DNA of 64,000 nt, taken from a virus (lineage: Duplodnaviria > Caudoviricetes). A program made the translations under genes and the position numbers. The notes under the pieces are model-generated. The model did no database searches, had not been told where the DNA came from, and saw nothing but the letters and a program-made list of their open reading frames with translations. Numbering within the stretch: the first letter of the stretch is position 1; every line of letters starts with the position of its first letter. The DNA lies in the IMG/VR virus record IMGVR_UViG_2934384730_000002, positions 1 to 64,000 of that record. One strand, written 5' to 3'. This document shows, piece by piece, positions 36,697 through 46,282 of this stretch.

Positions 36697-38435
36697 GCGG
36701 CGACCGCCAGGCACGAGGCGCGGAGCGCGCCGGGGGTGAGGTCGTAGGCGTGGGGGATGCCTGCCGCGATCAGCTCGCGGCAGTAGGTGTCGAGGGTGTC
36801 GGCGAGGCAGTCGGGGTCGAGGCCGTGGCGGGCGGCGACGTCGGGCAGGCGCGGCCACGCCCCCTCCAGCAGGCCCCACTGCTCGACCTGTACGGCCTCG
36901 ACGCGGAGCGCGGTGTGGAGGGCGGCGGGCTCGATCTCCCGGGCCCGGGCCCGTTCCGAGCGGGGGCACGCCGGGGTCTTGCGTAGCTTCTCCCCGGCGG
37001 AGGCGAGGGCGGCCCAGATCAGGGCGTCGGCGGCTTCCAGGACGGCTGTGGACGGCGCGGCGGAGGCGGGGAGGGTGTCCGGGGCGGGCAGGGTGTCCGG
37101 CTCGCTCTCGGACTCGTCCACGGGCAGGTCCGCCGGGCCCGGCTGGTCGTCGGCGGGGTCGGGTTGCGGGGCGCGCCTCTGCTCCTCCTCGGCGGTGGGG
37201 GCGTCGCTCTCGTCGAAGCCGGTCTCGCGGCGGAGCGCGGCGGCGCTGATGACGCCGCCGGCCTTGTAGACGTCCAGCGCGGTCTGGGAGCGGTTGCCGC
37301 GGACGCGGAGGCCGGAGGTGTCGGAGGCGACGACGTACCGGTGGGCGTCCTCGACGCCGTCGGCCTGGAGGATCGGGCGGAGCCACTGCGTGGTCAGGGC
37401 GTGGGTGACGGTGTCCAGGCGCGGCTGTACGCCGAGGGTGATCGCTTCTTCCTTCATGGCCCATACGCCCCAGTGATTGAGGCCGGTGGAGCCGAGGAGG
37501 ACTTCCGCGGGGACATCCATACCGGTCGCGAACCGGCGGATTGCCTCGTCCCGGAGCTTGAGCGCCAGCTCATCGAAGTCGGACTCGAACGTGAGGCGCT
37601 TGATGGCGGCGATGTGCTCCGGGGGCACCTCCAAGATCAGCGGGACCGTGGCCGCCGCCGACTCCGGCTCACGGATGGCGGTCTCCGCCACCTGCATGAA
37701 CACCTCGATCAGGTCGTCTTCGGCGTCGCCCTGCACCGGAGTGGAGGGGAAGCGCGTGCCCTGGGGCACCAGGAGGACGCCGCGTCCGATGAGGCGGGAC
37801 CGCGCGATCGCGGCCACGGCGGCGTTGAGGAGTTGCAGCTCCTCCAGGAGCACGAGGGACGCCCGTACAGGGCTGTCGGCCTCCATGAACGTGCGGGGGT
37901 GGGGTTGCCAGACGCGAAGCGCGATGGGGTCGGTGTCCTCGCCGCCGCCGTCGGGGTCGGCCGGGGGGACCTCGACCGGCTCCCCCTCGATGTCCGTCAC
38001 GAGCTTCTGCCCCTGCTTGCGGACCTCCTGGACGGACAGGACATGCCAGTCCTGCGTCCCGTCCTCCCGGGGCAGGACGACGATCCAGCCTTCACCGGGG
38101 ACGACGAGGTGGGGACCGAACCGGCCGAGCAGCTGCGACTGGCCTTCGGGGCCGCCGGCGATGCCCGCGACGATCTCGGCGGCGCGGTCACCGGGCGGCA
38201 CGGGCTCGATCGTCTTGCCGTCGTCGGCGAGGCGCCCGGCGTAGAGGGTGGCGGCGCTCATCGCGCCGGAGATCCACTGTGCGGCGAAGCGGACCTCGGG
38301 GGTGGTGTCGTAGAAGCTCCAGGCGCGGGACTGCCACCCGCTGTCGGTGCCCTTCGACTGCGTCTTGGTCTTGCGGGCGGTGTAGCGGGAGGCTGCGGCG
38401 GTGATGACGCGGCGCGGCGCTGCGGGGGCGGTCAC
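36693..38435 (-). CDS. Portal protein
   Basis: WQSRAWSFYDTTPEVRF..RVWQPHP..ADSPVR..NHWGVW. Confidence 0.88.
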   Translation of the reverse strand: MTAPAAPRRVITAAASRYTARKTKTQSKGTDSGWQSRAWSFYDTTPEVRFAAQWISGAMSAATLYAGRLADDGKTIEPVPPGDRAAEIVAGIAGGPEGQSQLLGRFGPHLVVPGEGWIVVLPREDGTQDWHVLSVQEVRKQGQKLVTDIEGEPVEVPPADPDGGGEDTDPIALRVWQPHPRTFMEADSPVRASLVLLEELQLLNAAVAAIARSRLIGRGVLLVPQGTRFPSTPVQGDAEDDLIEVFMQVAETAIREPESAAATVPLILEVPPEHIAAIKRLTFESDFDELALKLRDEAIRRFATGMDVPAEVLLGSTGLNHWGVWAMKEEAITLGVQPRLDTVTHALTTQWLRPILQADGVEDAHRYVVASDTSGLRVRGNRSQTALDVYKAGGVISAAALRRETGFDESDAPTAEEEQRRAPQPDPADDQPGPADLPVDESESEPDTLPAPDTLPASAAPSTAVLEAADALIWAALASAGEKLRKTPACPRSERARAREIEPAALHTALRVEAVQVEQWGLLEGAWPRLPDVAARHGLDPDCLADTLDTYCRELIAAGIPHAYDLTPGALRASCLAVAA

Positions 38436-38758
38436 GAGGCGGCCTTGCGGGAGTCGTCCCAGCGGTTCAGGAGCGCGGCGGCGCCGGCGACCGCGAACCA
38501 CAACAGGCCGACCTGGACCACGCGGTTGTCGGGCCACAGGAGCCAGGCGGCGAGGACGGCGCCGGTCAGCCACCAGCCGAGGCAGTAGATGCAGGAGATG
38601 AGGGTGACGACGAACGCCCGGGCGCTGGACTCGGGGCGGCGGGTCTGCCAGTCGAACACCTTGTCCCGGGCGGGGTCGAGGATGGCGTCATGTACGCCGA
38701 GTTGGGTGAGTCGATATCCGGCGAGCGCCAGGATTACGAGTTCCGGGATTGTGATCAT
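38432..38758 (-). CDS. DUF1360-like membrane protein
   Basis: LAGYRLTQL..D..LISCIYCLGWW. Confidence 0.8.
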   Translation of the reverse strand: MITIPELVILALAGYRLTQLGVHDAILDPARDKVFDWQTRRPESSARAFVVTLISCIYCLGWWLTGAVLAAWLLWPDNRVVQVGLLWFAVAGAAALLNRWDDSRKAAS

Positions 38759-39076
38759 CGCTGCCCCTTGGTGATCGCCGTCATTCGGCGGAGCATCATA
38801 GGCCAGCCGGAAAGGGCTCTCGCGGGCCGTTTCCGCTCGTCAGGAGGGGCGCGGGGCGGGAAAGTACGCGTTTAGTGCGCAGTAATTCTGATCAATTCCG
38901 GGGGTAATTCCCAGGTGAATTGGGGTACGGAGCTGGCGCCGGGGGGCGACGGTTACGCAGATACAGCGTCCGGACTGCGCGGAAGTACGCTCCCCGCACC
39001 CGCCCGCCCCTTCCAGCACTCGGCCCCCGGGCCCCCTTGCGCGAGGGAGGCCGGGGGCCGAGGTGTTGCGGTACGG

Positions 39077-39283
39077 CTAGGCGGGCTTGTTCGTCGGCCG
39101 GCCGGTGTCGGGGCGCCGCGCCCACTCCCGGGGCCCGGAGGCCGGGCCGTTGAGGAGGGCGAGGCGCCGGGCGCGGGCGGCGACGGCCGGGCCGTAGCCG
39201 AGCGGGATGAACACCACCGGCGCGGTCGCCCTCGCTTGGTTCGGGGCGGGCGGTACCGCGCCGCCGGGCTGGGAGCTGGTCAC
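39077..39283 (-). CDS. Small hypothetical protein
   Basis: GTGA coupling, GGAGG RBS. Confidence 0.4.
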   Translation of the reverse strand: MTSSQPGGAVPPAPNQARATAPVVFIPLGYGPAVAARARRLALLNGPASGPREWARRPDTGRPTNKPA

Positions 39284-39654
39284 CGGTCGCCCTCCGCCGT
39301 GGTGGTGCGCCCGCGCGGGGTGGCGTCGAGGGCGGTCTCCTCGTCGCTCGAGGTCTCCTCGCCGGCGGGCGCGGCGGTCTCGGGCGCAGCGGGGCGGGGG
39401 TGGCCGTAGCGCTCTCGGGCGGCGACGATGAGCGGCGGCCCGTAGGTGCTGACGAGGGCGGCGGCGTAGCAAGCGCCGGCCACCGCGACGGCCCCGCCGA
39501 TGCCCTGCGCCCGCCCACGGGCCACGCCCGTCTTCAGGCCGTGGGCCACGCCCGCTTTGCGGCCCTGGTCGGCGTAGAACTGGAGGAGGCGGGCGGGGCC
39601 GCCACGCTGGGCGGCCTCCCGGGTGAGGACGGCGTACGGCCACGATGCGGCCAT
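39280..39654 (-). CDS. Hypothetical membrane protein
   Basis: AAGGAG RBS, one TM. Confidence 0.6.
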   Translation of the reverse strand: MAASWPYAVLTREAAQRGGPARLLQFYADQGRKAGVAHGLKTGVARGRAQGIGGAVAVAGACYAAALVSTYGPPLIVAARERYGHPRPAAPETAAPAGEETSSDEETALDATPRGRTTTAEGDR

Positions 39655-39945
39655 GGGGCTCCTTCGGTGAGCTCTCGGGCTGGCGGGGGTGGGTGGCGTG
39701 ATTCTTCCAGGAGCGGAGCGCGGTCGGCGCCGGAATGTGTCCCTCCGGGCCGGTGTGTCCCGGGGCGGGTGGGTCAGCGGTTGGCGCAGGCGGCCGCCCA
39801 CTCGGTGATGAGCTGCGCCCGGACGCTCTTGCCGCCCTCCGTCTACCCGGTGCGGGGGCCGGCCTCCATAGCTGCGTGCCCTCGATTGGCTGGGCAGGCT
39901 GCCGGGCTGACGGCCCGAGCGAACAGAACCGGTTCCACAGTGACG

Positions 39946-39987
39946 CGTGCAGAGTTAGTTACCTCCAGGTGTAACTAACTCTGCACG
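39946..39987. repeat. 17-bp perfect inverted repeat with 8-bp spacer
   Basis: CGTGCAGAGTTAGTTAC-CTCCAGGT-GTAACTAACTCTGCACG. Confidence 0.9.
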
Positions 39988-40023
39988 GCCCCGCCCTCTG
40001 GGAGAGTTCCAGGGCGGGGCCGT
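39985..40023. terminator. GC-rich stem-loop
   Basis: ACGGCCCCGCCCT/AGGGCGGGGCCGT. Confidence 0.55.
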
Positions 40024-40359
40024 ACGTGGTGGTGGCGGTTTCGGCCGGTCGGCATCTTGGCTACCCGATCTCGTGTCGGACCTCATCCGCCAGCGGCTGA
40101 CCCCTGCACCGTCGAGCGCCGCACCCCGAGAGGAGTGAGTCGGGGAGTGGGTGCCGTTCTGCCCTTGGTCCCGATCGCGGCCGCAGGTACGCCCAGCCAG
40201 GCAGGGACAGCGTAGCGGCGGCCGCGGGGACTGCGGGAGGGAGTGCGAGAGCTCGTTCGGGGCGTGCAGGAGGCGCGGCGGGCACTTCCCTGGTTCACGC
40301 CACCAGGGGTGATCAGAATGGCTACGGTGTGCCCTTCCGACGTCGCAGGGGAGGTCGTG

Positions 40360-41001
40360 GTGGACGAAGCCTCGTGGAGGGTCGTCACGTTCGTGCTCGG
40401 TGCGGTCCCGATACTCGGTGCGGTATGGCTCGTGGCGCGTTACGTCCTGCTCCTCAAACGGGAAGGAGCAGCGAGCAGCGTCCCCCGGTACCGCCCCATC
40501 ACGACCATCCACGATCGCGAACACCTCATAGTGGTCAGGGGGGAGATGACCAACGTGCTGATGAGGCTCGCCGACTCCACCGCCAGCACTGCGGGCGAGT
40601 GGGTGCGCTACGAACGGGACACGGGCACAAGGGGTGGCGGGCCCAGGGGCCTAGGGGACGCGGGGGAGGCATCCGCGGAAGCTCTGGACCGGCTCTTCTT
40701 GGCATTCACGCACGGCGACCCGTTGACCGATGACGCGCTTGACGACTACCCCCGCGAGAGGTCGCGGCGCCTTATCCATGAGGCGCGCCTCCTGCCCGGC
40801 CACTCGGTTTCACTGGGGCGGGGCGAGGGCGACCCGCTGTCGGGCCTGTCGGCGGAGGAGCTGGTCCGGGCTGCGGAGGCGAGCCACCGGAGCGTCGACC
40901 GGGCGTTGGCGGAGCTGATGGTTCGTCTTGGGCCGCCTCCACACCCGGTCGAGCGTGCCCTCCAGCCCACGGGCACCGGCGATGGCGGGGCGCAGTCATG
41001 A
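40360..41001 (+). CDS. Accessory membrane-anchored protein
   Basis: GGAGG RBS, N-terminal TM. Confidence 0.65.
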   Translation: MDEASWRVVTFVLGAVPILGAVWLVARYVLLLKREGAASSVPRYRPITTIHDREHLIVVRGEMTNVLMRLADSTASTAGEWVRYERDTGTRGGGPRGLGDAGEASAEALDRLFLAFTHGDPLTDDALDDYPRERSRRLIHEARLLPGHSVSLGRGEGDPLSGLSAEELVRAAEASHRSVDRALAELMVRLGPPPHPVERALQPTGTGDGGAQS

Positions 41002-41468
41002 CCGAACAGCTGCCAACCTCCGGTGGTGAGTCGCCCGTGTTCGAGCACGGGTTGCGTGTGGCTCGTGAGTGGGGAGCGCTCGGGGCGGAGGGGCTGGAGG
41101 TTGCCCTCAAGGCGCTGGATGCCCAGTTGGCCCGGGAGCACGCCATCACGGTGTTGAAGCTCAAGGGGATGGAACGGGATGCCGAGCGGGCCGCGGCCAA
41201 GGAGAAGGAGGACGCGGACCGGCGCCTGGCCGTGACGCGGCTCGTCGTCGGGTGCGTAATGGGTCTGGTGATGATGGGGGCCGGCATCGCCCTCGCTACC
41301 TACGCGTGGTGGCTGTCGGCTCTGCTGTGCGGACCGAGCCTCCTCGCTCTGGTGCACGTGCTGGTGCTGGGGCGGGGCGATCCGGGGGCGCTGCGGTACA
41401 TCACGGGCGCGTCCCGGCAAGCGACGGACGCGGCCGCGGCCCACCAAGCGGGACCGCCGGCGGTGTGA
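40998..41468 (+). CDS. Accessory two-TM protein (DUF2335-like layout)
   Basis: ATGA coupling; coiled coil then two TMs. Confidence 0.7.
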   Translation: MTEQLPTSGGESPVFEHGLRVAREWGALGAEGLEVALKALDAQLAREHAITVLKLKGMERDAERAAAKEKEDADRRLAVTRLVVGCVMGLVMMGAGIALATYAWWLSALLCGPSLLALVHVLVLGRGDPGALRYITGASRQATDAAAAHQAGPPAV

Positions 41469-41560
41469 CCGCCCCTCGTCGGCGAAGAGCAAACGGGCAA
41501 CGGCAGGGAGGCAACAGGCAACCCCTGCCGGGGCGGGCCCGGGCGGGGGAGGGTTGAGGC

Positions 41561-42019
41561 ATGACCTCACCCCTCCCTCCCTTGGTCCGCGTCGTCAGCT
41601 TCGGCTACGGCCACACCGGTACGCCCGACAGCGACGGGGCACCGCTGGAGCCGCCCACGGCGGACATCACGCTCGACCTCCGTCGGTCCCTCCGCAACCC
41701 CCACCACGACCCCGCCATGCGGGACTTGACCGGGTTGGACGACCGAGTCCACGACCACGTCATGGCGACGCCCGGGGCGCGGCTCCTCGCGCACAACACG
41801 GCGCTTGCGGCGCACGTGCTGATGGACGAGGCACGGCCGGAGCTGCTGACGGTGGCGACGGGGTGCGTCGGCGGCCGGCACCGCGCGGTGTCAATGGCCC
41901 GCGCGGTGACCTGCCTGCTGAGGGAGTATTCCCGGGCCGGGGGGTACGGGGTGGAGCTGGTCCACCGGGACGTTGAGCGGCCGGTGTTGTCCTCCCGGAC
42001 GCACGTGCAGCCCGAGTGA
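41561..42019 (+). CDS. Stand-alone RapZ C-terminal-domain protein
   Basis: SFGYGH..LDLR..LRNPH..LTGLD..GCVGGRHRAV..HRDV. Confidence 0.85.
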   Translation: MTSPLPPLVRVVSFGYGHTGTPDSDGAPLEPPTADITLDLRRSLRNPHHDPAMRDLTGLDDRVHDHVMATPGARLLAHNTALAAHVLMDEARPELLTVATGCVGGRHRAVSMARAVTCLLREYSRAGGYGVELVHRDVERPVLSSRTHVQPE

Positions 42020-42022
42020 TGC

Positions 42023-42226
42023 CTATGCGCAGCAGGCACCCACGGAGTGGCCGAGCCGTGTCCGGTAGGCCAAGGGGCCGTCCGTCCGGCAGAAGACGCA
42101 CCGCCCGCGCGTGCCGGCCGGGAGCGGTGCGCGCAGCGGGAGTCCGGGCGGCGGGGCCATGACGAGGGTGCCGCAAGGAGCGCACGCGCAGTCAGGGTCG
42201 TGCTCGGTGTCGTGGTGGCCGCTCAC
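42023..42226 (-). CDS. Small Cys/His-rich protein
   Basis: HDPDCACAPC..CVFC..CC; GTGA coupling. Confidence 0.5.
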   Translation of the reverse strand: MSGHHDTEHDPDCACAPCGTLVMAPPPGLPLRAPLPAGTRGRCVFCRTDGPLAYRTRLGHSVGACCA

Positions 42227-42702
42227 GTGGCTACCGGGGCCTGCGCCCGTTCGTCGTCGCAGACTCGGCACCAGGGCTTGAGGGCGGCGTGGGTGATGTT
42301 GGCCGTGTAGAAGACCAGCAGGACGGCCAGCAGGCCGCAGCGAACGGTGAACAGCGTCACCGGGTCGGACGTGAGCCACCGAGCGCCGAAGACGATGCCC
42401 AGGTAGACGCCGAGGGTGACGACGGCGCCCACCAGCCCGGTAGGCAGGAGGTGCGCGGCGCGGAGGAGGCTCCGGTGGCGGACGGCCTGCTCCCGCCCTT
42501 CAGCGGGCGTGTAGCGGCACCGCTGGCACTCGCCGCGGGCGTGGCGCTCGATGATCCCTCCGGCGCAGATGACGAGGCCGGCGAGGAGGATGAACTGAAT
42601 CCAGGTCACCCACGCCGGGTACGGCCGTGCGAGGGAAAGGGGGAGGTCGCCGAGTACCACGAGCGGGGGGACGACGAGGGCGGGGTGTCGGAAAGGCTTC
42701 AC
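42223..42702 (-). CDS. Multi-pass membrane protein with HxxxxCxxC motifs
   Basis: Several TMs, HARGECQRC and HAALKPWCRVC. Confidence 0.7.
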   Translation of the reverse strand: MKPFRHPALVVPPLVVLGDLPLSLARPYPAWVTWIQFILLAGLVICAGGIIERHARGECQRCRYTPAEGREQAVRHRSLLRAAHLLPTGLVGAVVTLGVYLGIVFGARWLTSDPVTLFTVRCGLLAVLLVFYTANITHAALKPWCRVCDDERAQAPVAT

Positions 42703-42763
42703 AGTTCCTCCGGACTAGGGGGCCGGGGATCATAGAGCAGCCGGGCCGTCCCCGGGGGGGGTG

Positions 42764-44422
42764 TCACCGGCCGCGCCCGCCGCTGCCGCTCCCTCCGCCG
42801 CCGCCGATGGGGCGGGCGTACCGGGACGCGGCCCGGGCTGCTGTCCCTCCGCCGCCGGCCCCGGGGCGGGCTGGGGAGTGCACGGCGCCGGCCCGCATCC
42901 ACTCCCCCGCGAACGCCATGACGACGGCGTCGCCCTTGTCCGGGGAGCGCCCCATCCGCTTCACAAGGTCCTCTTTGGTCTCCACGCGGATCTTCGGGGG
43001 GACGCCGGTGGTGGTGTCCCACGTCGGCGCGGTGAGGTCGGCCAGCAGCTCGTCATCGGGCGGGAGCATCACCTCCGACTCGTAGGCCGGGTCCAGGAGC
43101 TCGCGCATCCTCCAGTACGCCTGCGACCTGACGTTGCGGAAGCCCCACTCTCCGTCGCGGGTCCTGCCCGTGGCCTTGGCCGCTCCGGTGTAGGCAAGGA
43201 CCGGTACGTCGAGCTCTCGGAGGCGGTCTACGACGCCGCCGCCGACGCCGATGGAGTCGACCACCGGCGTCGTCTTTCCGTCCGCTCCTGCGGCTGCCTG
43301 GACCCGCGCCACCGTGCGCATCGTGTCTTCCTTGTCGTGGGTCTCCAGGGCGGTGACGGCCACGCCGTGGCGGTGGGCGAGGACGGTGGAGTCGCCGCCG
43401 GTCCGGGCGACGTCGACACCGAGGAACCGGCGGCCGGCCAGCGGGGGGCGGCCGGCCTGGTCCCACTCGTGCCAGCGCTCCACGGCCGCCTCCACCCACG
43501 CCAGCGGGATGACGGAGTCCTCGTCCGACGCGTGGAACTCCCCCAGCACGCGGTTGGCGTACATGGCGGAGTCGCGGCCCCACTGCCGCGCCCGCTGCTC
43601 CGCCCACCCCTGGGAGATCCGGCCCGCCGCGATCGCTTCGTCCAGGGTGACGTGGCGGACCCACCAGTCCTCCAGGCCGGGGGCGCGGCGGTGGATGTCG
43701 TAGAACCGGCCGGCCGGGGGGCCGGGCGTGCTGATGGCGAACGCGAACGCCTCCGGGAGCTGCCCGGGCGGGCCCTCGGTATGGCCGCCGGAGAAGGCGC
43801 CTTCGATCGCGTCCCACGTGCCGTCGGGCACGATCTTCGCTTCGTCCACGAGGTAGAGGAGGGAGTCTGCGTGGGCGCCCTCGATCAGCTCCGGCTTGTT
43901 GGACGCCACCGGGGTGGCCGCGCCGCTCTCCAGTTTCAAGTTCAGCGCGAGGAGTTCCGTCCGCTCCGAGAACGCAGGCCGGCCCACCTGGTCCCAGCGG
44001 ATGCGCTTGGACCACTTCCGCAGCTCGGGCACGAGGTACACCGACAGGTGCCGCCACGCCGAGGCGGTCATGATGACTTTCCAGTCGATGCCCGCGGCCT
44101 CCCGGGTCGTCGCGAACCACAGGACACCGATGGCGGACATGCCGGTCTTGCCGAGCCCGTGGGGGCCTCGTACGGCCACGCGCCGCCGGGTGGGGATCGC
44201 GCCGAGGGCGTCCTCCTGGTAGGCGGTCAGGCCCTCGCCGGGCTGCCAGGCGATGCAGTCGCGGGCCCACCCGACGGGGTCGTACATGTAGCGCATGACG
44301 CGGCGGGAGTTCTTCCGCGCCCGGGCCCGGCGGACGGCATCGCGGACCTCCCGGAGCGCGGTCACGTCGCCGGCCTGGACGAGCGCGAGGACCTGGCGCT
44401 CCACGTCCTCACGGGACCTCAC
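42764..44422 (-). CDS. terL: Terminase large subunit
   Basis: GPHGLGKT Walker A, LYLVDEA Walker B, LGVDVARTGGD, SPDKGDA. Confidence 0.93.
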   Translation of the reverse strand: MRSREDVERQVLALVQAGDVTALREVRDAVRRARARKNSRRVMRYMYDPVGWARDCIAWQPGEGLTAYQEDALGAIPTRRRVAVRGPHGLGKTGMSAIGVLWFATTREAAGIDWKVIMTASAWRHLSVYLVPELRKWSKRIRWDQVGRPAFSERTELLALNLKLESGAATPVASNKPELIEGAHADSLLYLVDEAKIVPDGTWDAIEGAFSGGHTEGPPGQLPEAFAFAISTPGPPAGRFYDIHRRAPGLEDWWVRHVTLDEAIAAGRISQGWAEQRARQWGRDSAMYANRVLGEFHASDEDSVIPLAWVEAAVERWHEWDQAGRPPLAGRRFLGVDVARTGGDSTVLAHRHGVAVTALETHDKEDTMRTVARVQAAAGADGKTTPVVDSIGVGGGVVDRLRELDVPVLAYTGAAKATGRTRDGEWGFRNVRSQAYWRMRELLDPAYESEVMLPPDDELLADLTAPTWDTTTGVPPKIRVETKEDLVKRMGRSPDKGDAVVMAFAGEWMRAGAVHSPARPGAGGGGTAARAASRYARPIGGGGGSGSGGRGR

Positions 44423-44847
44423 GGCCCGTCCCCCGGCCCGTCGTCGTCGCTGCTCTCCAGCATGGCCATGATCTCGTCGCCGAGCTTCTGTGCCTCCACG
44501 TTGAGGCGGGTCGGGGCCTTGGTGCCCTCGACGTCCGCGCGGCCCGCCAGGCAGCGGAGCACGACGTCCGCGGCCTTCTTGTCCTTCTCCTGGATGGCGA
44601 GCGGCCAGAACGCGGCCTGGAGCCGGTCGTAGCGCGCGACGGTGAGGGCGCGCAGCTCGTCCACGTTGTCGTGCTGCTCGCGGAGGTTCGCTTTCAGGGC
44701 CTCGCTCACGGCGGTGCAGGCGGCGCCGGGTGAGGCGTAGCCGACGCGGTCCGCGATCGTCGCCCAGTCGACGCCGGCGACGCGTAGCGCGGTCGCCTGC
44801 GCGCGCTTCTTCGCCGCGGCGGCCCGCTGTGCTTTCGATGCGCCCAC
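44419..44847 (-). CDS. terS: Terminase small subunit
   Basis: N-terminal HTH, coupled to terL. Confidence 0.8.
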   Translation of the reverse strand: MGASKAQRAAAAKKRAQATALRVAGVDWATIADRVGYASPGAACTAVSEALKANLREQHDNVDELRALTVARYDRLQAAFWPLAIQEKDKKAADVVLRCLAGRADVEGTKAPTRLNVEAQKLGDEIMAMLESSDDDGPGDGP

Positions 44848-44939
44848 GGGGCCCTCACTTTCCAGAGTCTTATGGGTTCCAGGGACGCCCCGGTGCCCGG
44901 TGGGCGGTGCGGGGGCGGTCGCCGGGGGGGGTGGGGTGG

Positions 44940-45551
44940 TCAGGTGGTCATGAGGTGGTGGAGGTCTGCGCGCGCCTGGGGAGAGGCGTGGAAGTGCCCG
45001 GTGTAGGAGGCGGTGACCATGACGGAGCCGGGCTTGCGGGCGCCTCGGTGGGTGAGGCAGCCGTGGGCGGAGCGGATGATGCAGGCGGCGCCGAGGGTGT
45101 CGAGGTGGGTGTCCAGGGCGGTGGTGACCTGCTGGGTGAGCTGTTCCTGTGTCTGGAGGCGTCGGGCGTAGACGTCGAGGACTCGGGGGAGTTTGGACAG
45201 GCCGGCGACGGGGGCGCCGGGGGCGGGCTGGTAGGCGATGTCTGCGTGGCCGGTGAAGGGGAGGAGGTGGTGTTCGCAGAGGGAGGTGAAGGGGACGCCG
45301 GTGACGAGGATGGGGCCGCCGTCGTGGTCGACGGGGAAGGTGCGGGCGAGGTGGTCGGCGGGGTCTTCGTCGTATCCGGCGGTCATCTCGGTGAGGGCGC
45401 GGAGGACGCGGGCGGGGGTGTCAGTGAGGGCGGGGCTCGTGGGGTCGAGGCCGCGGGCGGTGAGCCAGGAGCGGAGGCCGGCGGTGTAGGCGTCGGCGGC
45501 GGTCTCCTGGGCGGTGGGGAGGCTGGTGTGGGGCGGGGTGGTGGTGGTCAT
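44940..45551 (-). CDS. folE: GTP cyclohydrolase I
   Basis: TPARV, SLCEHHLLPF, GLSKL, RRLQTQE, HGCLTHRG. Confidence 0.95.
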   Translation of the reverse strand: MTTTTPPHTSLPTAQETAADAYTAGLRSWLTARGLDPTSPALTDTPARVLRALTEMTAGYDEDPADHLARTFPVDHDGGPILVTGVPFTSLCEHHLLPFTGHADIAYQPAPGAPVAGLSKLPRVLDVYARRLQTQEQLTQQVTTALDTHLDTLGAACIIRSAHGCLTHRGARKPGSVMVTASYTGHFHASPQARADLHHLMTT

Positions 45552-45553
45552 GG

Positions 45554-46282
45554 TCAGCGGGCCCTTTCGTCGCCCCACGCGTGGACGTGGAGGCGGGTAG
45601 TGAGGTTGAACCCGGCCGTGATGGCGGGGTCTGCGATGGCGGCCAGGTGGGCGTTCAGGGCGGCGGGGGTGGTGCCTTCGGGCATGACCCACACCCGGGC
45701 CGGGGGTACGCCCCACGCCGCCGTGTAGGTGGCTACCTGGGCGACGTCGGCGGGGGTGCGGCACACGAACTTGAACGCGGCGCGGCCGGTGGCGTTGAGC
45801 GCGGCGAGCTGGGCGGGGCGGATACGGGCCCGCTCGGGGTCGCCGGCGTGGGGGAGCTTCGGGGAGACGTTGAAGCGTGCGACGGCGGCCGTCGTGGTGG
45901 GGGTGGGGGCGATGGTGCCGTTGGTCTCCACCTCGATCTCCGCGCCGCCCGCGGTGAGGAGGTCGAGGAGCGTCGTCCAGCTGGGCTGGTGCTGGTGGAG
46001 GAGAGGTTCGCCGCCGGTGATGACGACGACGCCGGGGGCGCCCTGGAGCGCGCGGGCGGCGATGTCGGCCACGGGGGTGCGGGTGAGTTCGGCGCGCAGG
46101 TCGTACCGGTCCCCGTCCCAGGTGTAAGGGGTGTCGCACCACGTACAGGACAGGTTGCAGCCGCCGAGGCGAACGAACGAGGCGCGGCGGCCGAGGGAGG
46201 GGCCTTCGCCTTGCACGGTCGGGCCGAACGTCTCGGCGACGACGAGGGTGGCCGGGGTGGGGGTGGGTGGGGTGGTGGTCAT
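45554..46282 (-). CDS. queE: 7-carboxy-7-deazaguanine synthase (radical SAM)
   Basis: QGEG, GCNLSCTWCDT, TGGEP, ETNG, VSPK. Confidence 0.95.
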   Translation of the reverse strand: MTTTPPTPTPATLVVAETFGPTVQGEGPSLGRRASFVRLGGCNLSCTWCDTPYTWDGDRYDLRAELTRTPVADIAARALQGAPGVVVITGGEPLLHQHQPSWTTLLDLLTAGGAEIEVETNGTIAPTPTTTAAVARFNVSPKLPHAGDPERARIRPAQLAALNATGRAAFKFVCRTPADVAQVATYTAAWGVPPARVWVMPEGTTPAALNAHLAAIADPAITAGFNLTTRLHVHAWGDERAR

